Below, one piece after another: positions 63,809-64,000 of a stretch of 64,000 nt of DNA. The first letter of the stretch is position 1. Every line of letters begins with the position of its first letter. A program made the position numbers and the translations under genes. Under the pieces are notes generated by a model that saw only the letters and a program-made list of their open reading frames with translations, was not told the origin of the DNA and made no database searches. The DNA lies in the NCBI GenBank assembly GCA_964637575.1, contig CAZWVU010000002.1, positions 82,824 through 146,823 of the forward strand, read 5' to 3'. This DNA is from an uncultured Candidatus Saccharibacteria bacterium. GTDB lineage: Bacteria; Patescibacteriota; Minisyncoccia; UBA6257; WO2-44-18.

Positions 63809-64000
63809 TTATTCCCCTTCTTTGATCTTGTTGACCCGCCGGAACCATTCGTCATAGAGCTTCTGGTCTTCCGGCGAGAGATTCTTGCGCGGCCGGAAAA
63901 GCTCCACTTTGGCATCCAGCACATCCGGATTCTGGAGATTAATCCCGGCAGTCCATTTCACATCCCAGCCATGCCGGTGGATCTCATCTTCAATTTCCCG
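63809..64000 (-). CDS. Hypothetical protein, C-terminal fragment (5' end outside window)
   Basis: Open frame on the minus strand to the window edge; translation ends ...DEWFRRVNKIKEGE*. Confidence 0.3.
   Translation of the reverse strand, partial: REIEDEIHRHGWDVKWTAGINLQNPDVLDAKVELFRPRKNLSPEDQKLYDEWFRRVNKIKEGE

Overview
GC-rich (about 60%), compact bacterial chromosomal segment with short or overlapping intergenic spacers, frequent extended -10 promoters of the form TGnTAnnnT within about 15 nt of start codons (suggesting many short-leader or leaderless mRNAs), and two tRNA genes (Gln-TTG, Asn-GTT) that do not encode CCA. All calls below rest on reading motifs in the supplied translations and DNA; no database searches were run.

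Main coding content:
- A long minus-strand copper-uptake/signalling operon (1.4-8.0 kb): YcnI-like protein, an anchored periplasmic protein, an expanded 974-aa CopC-CopD fusion, a FIST sensor, a PAS histidine kinase and two CheY-like receivers.
- Further copper-linked genes: an HMBD-MauE/DoxX membrane protein, a cupredoxin and Bcp.
- A DEAD-box helicase flanked by two inverted copies of a 70-nt hairpin repeat; a third copy with compensatory stem changes lies 44 kb away.
- Housekeeping genes: ABC-F ATPase, RsuA-like pseudouridine synthase, ABC-2 exporter, GNAT, Obg, GreA, RsmE, a PLP Cys/Met enzyme and DinB.
- A Ku-LigD end-joining (NHEJ) pair plus a separate minimal ATP-dependent ligase.
- Several envelope and glycan systems: two paralogous processive GT2 synthases around a large membrane protein, with a GH-like hydrolase and C39-like peptidase; a PgaB/PgaC-like deacetylase-GT2-UDP-sugar dehydrogenase operon with a pseudopilin-like gene; a Dpm1-like synthase plus PMT/ArnT-like GT-C pair; extra GT-C proteins; a VanW protein, a VanY carboxypeptidase and a PAP2 phosphatase.
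- Large surface proteins, including a 996-aa adhesin with SdrD/Cna-B-type repeats and an Ig-like repeat protein.

Most unusual observations:
1. A three-copy conserved-loop, variable-stem hairpin element.
2. A class-II aaRS-like core fused to a MazG-like NTP-pyrophosphatase module, preceded by a promoter, long-range P1-like helix and terminator (a riboswitch-like leader).
3. A 265-bp nested-palindrome MITE-like element.
4. A low-GC two-gene islet (unknown helical protein plus DUF559 endonuclease-like protein) beside tRNA-Gln, with a duplicated KNKxKGWPKL coding remnant.
5. Coupling of a FIST-HK-RR-RR module to a YcnI/YcnJ-type copper importer.
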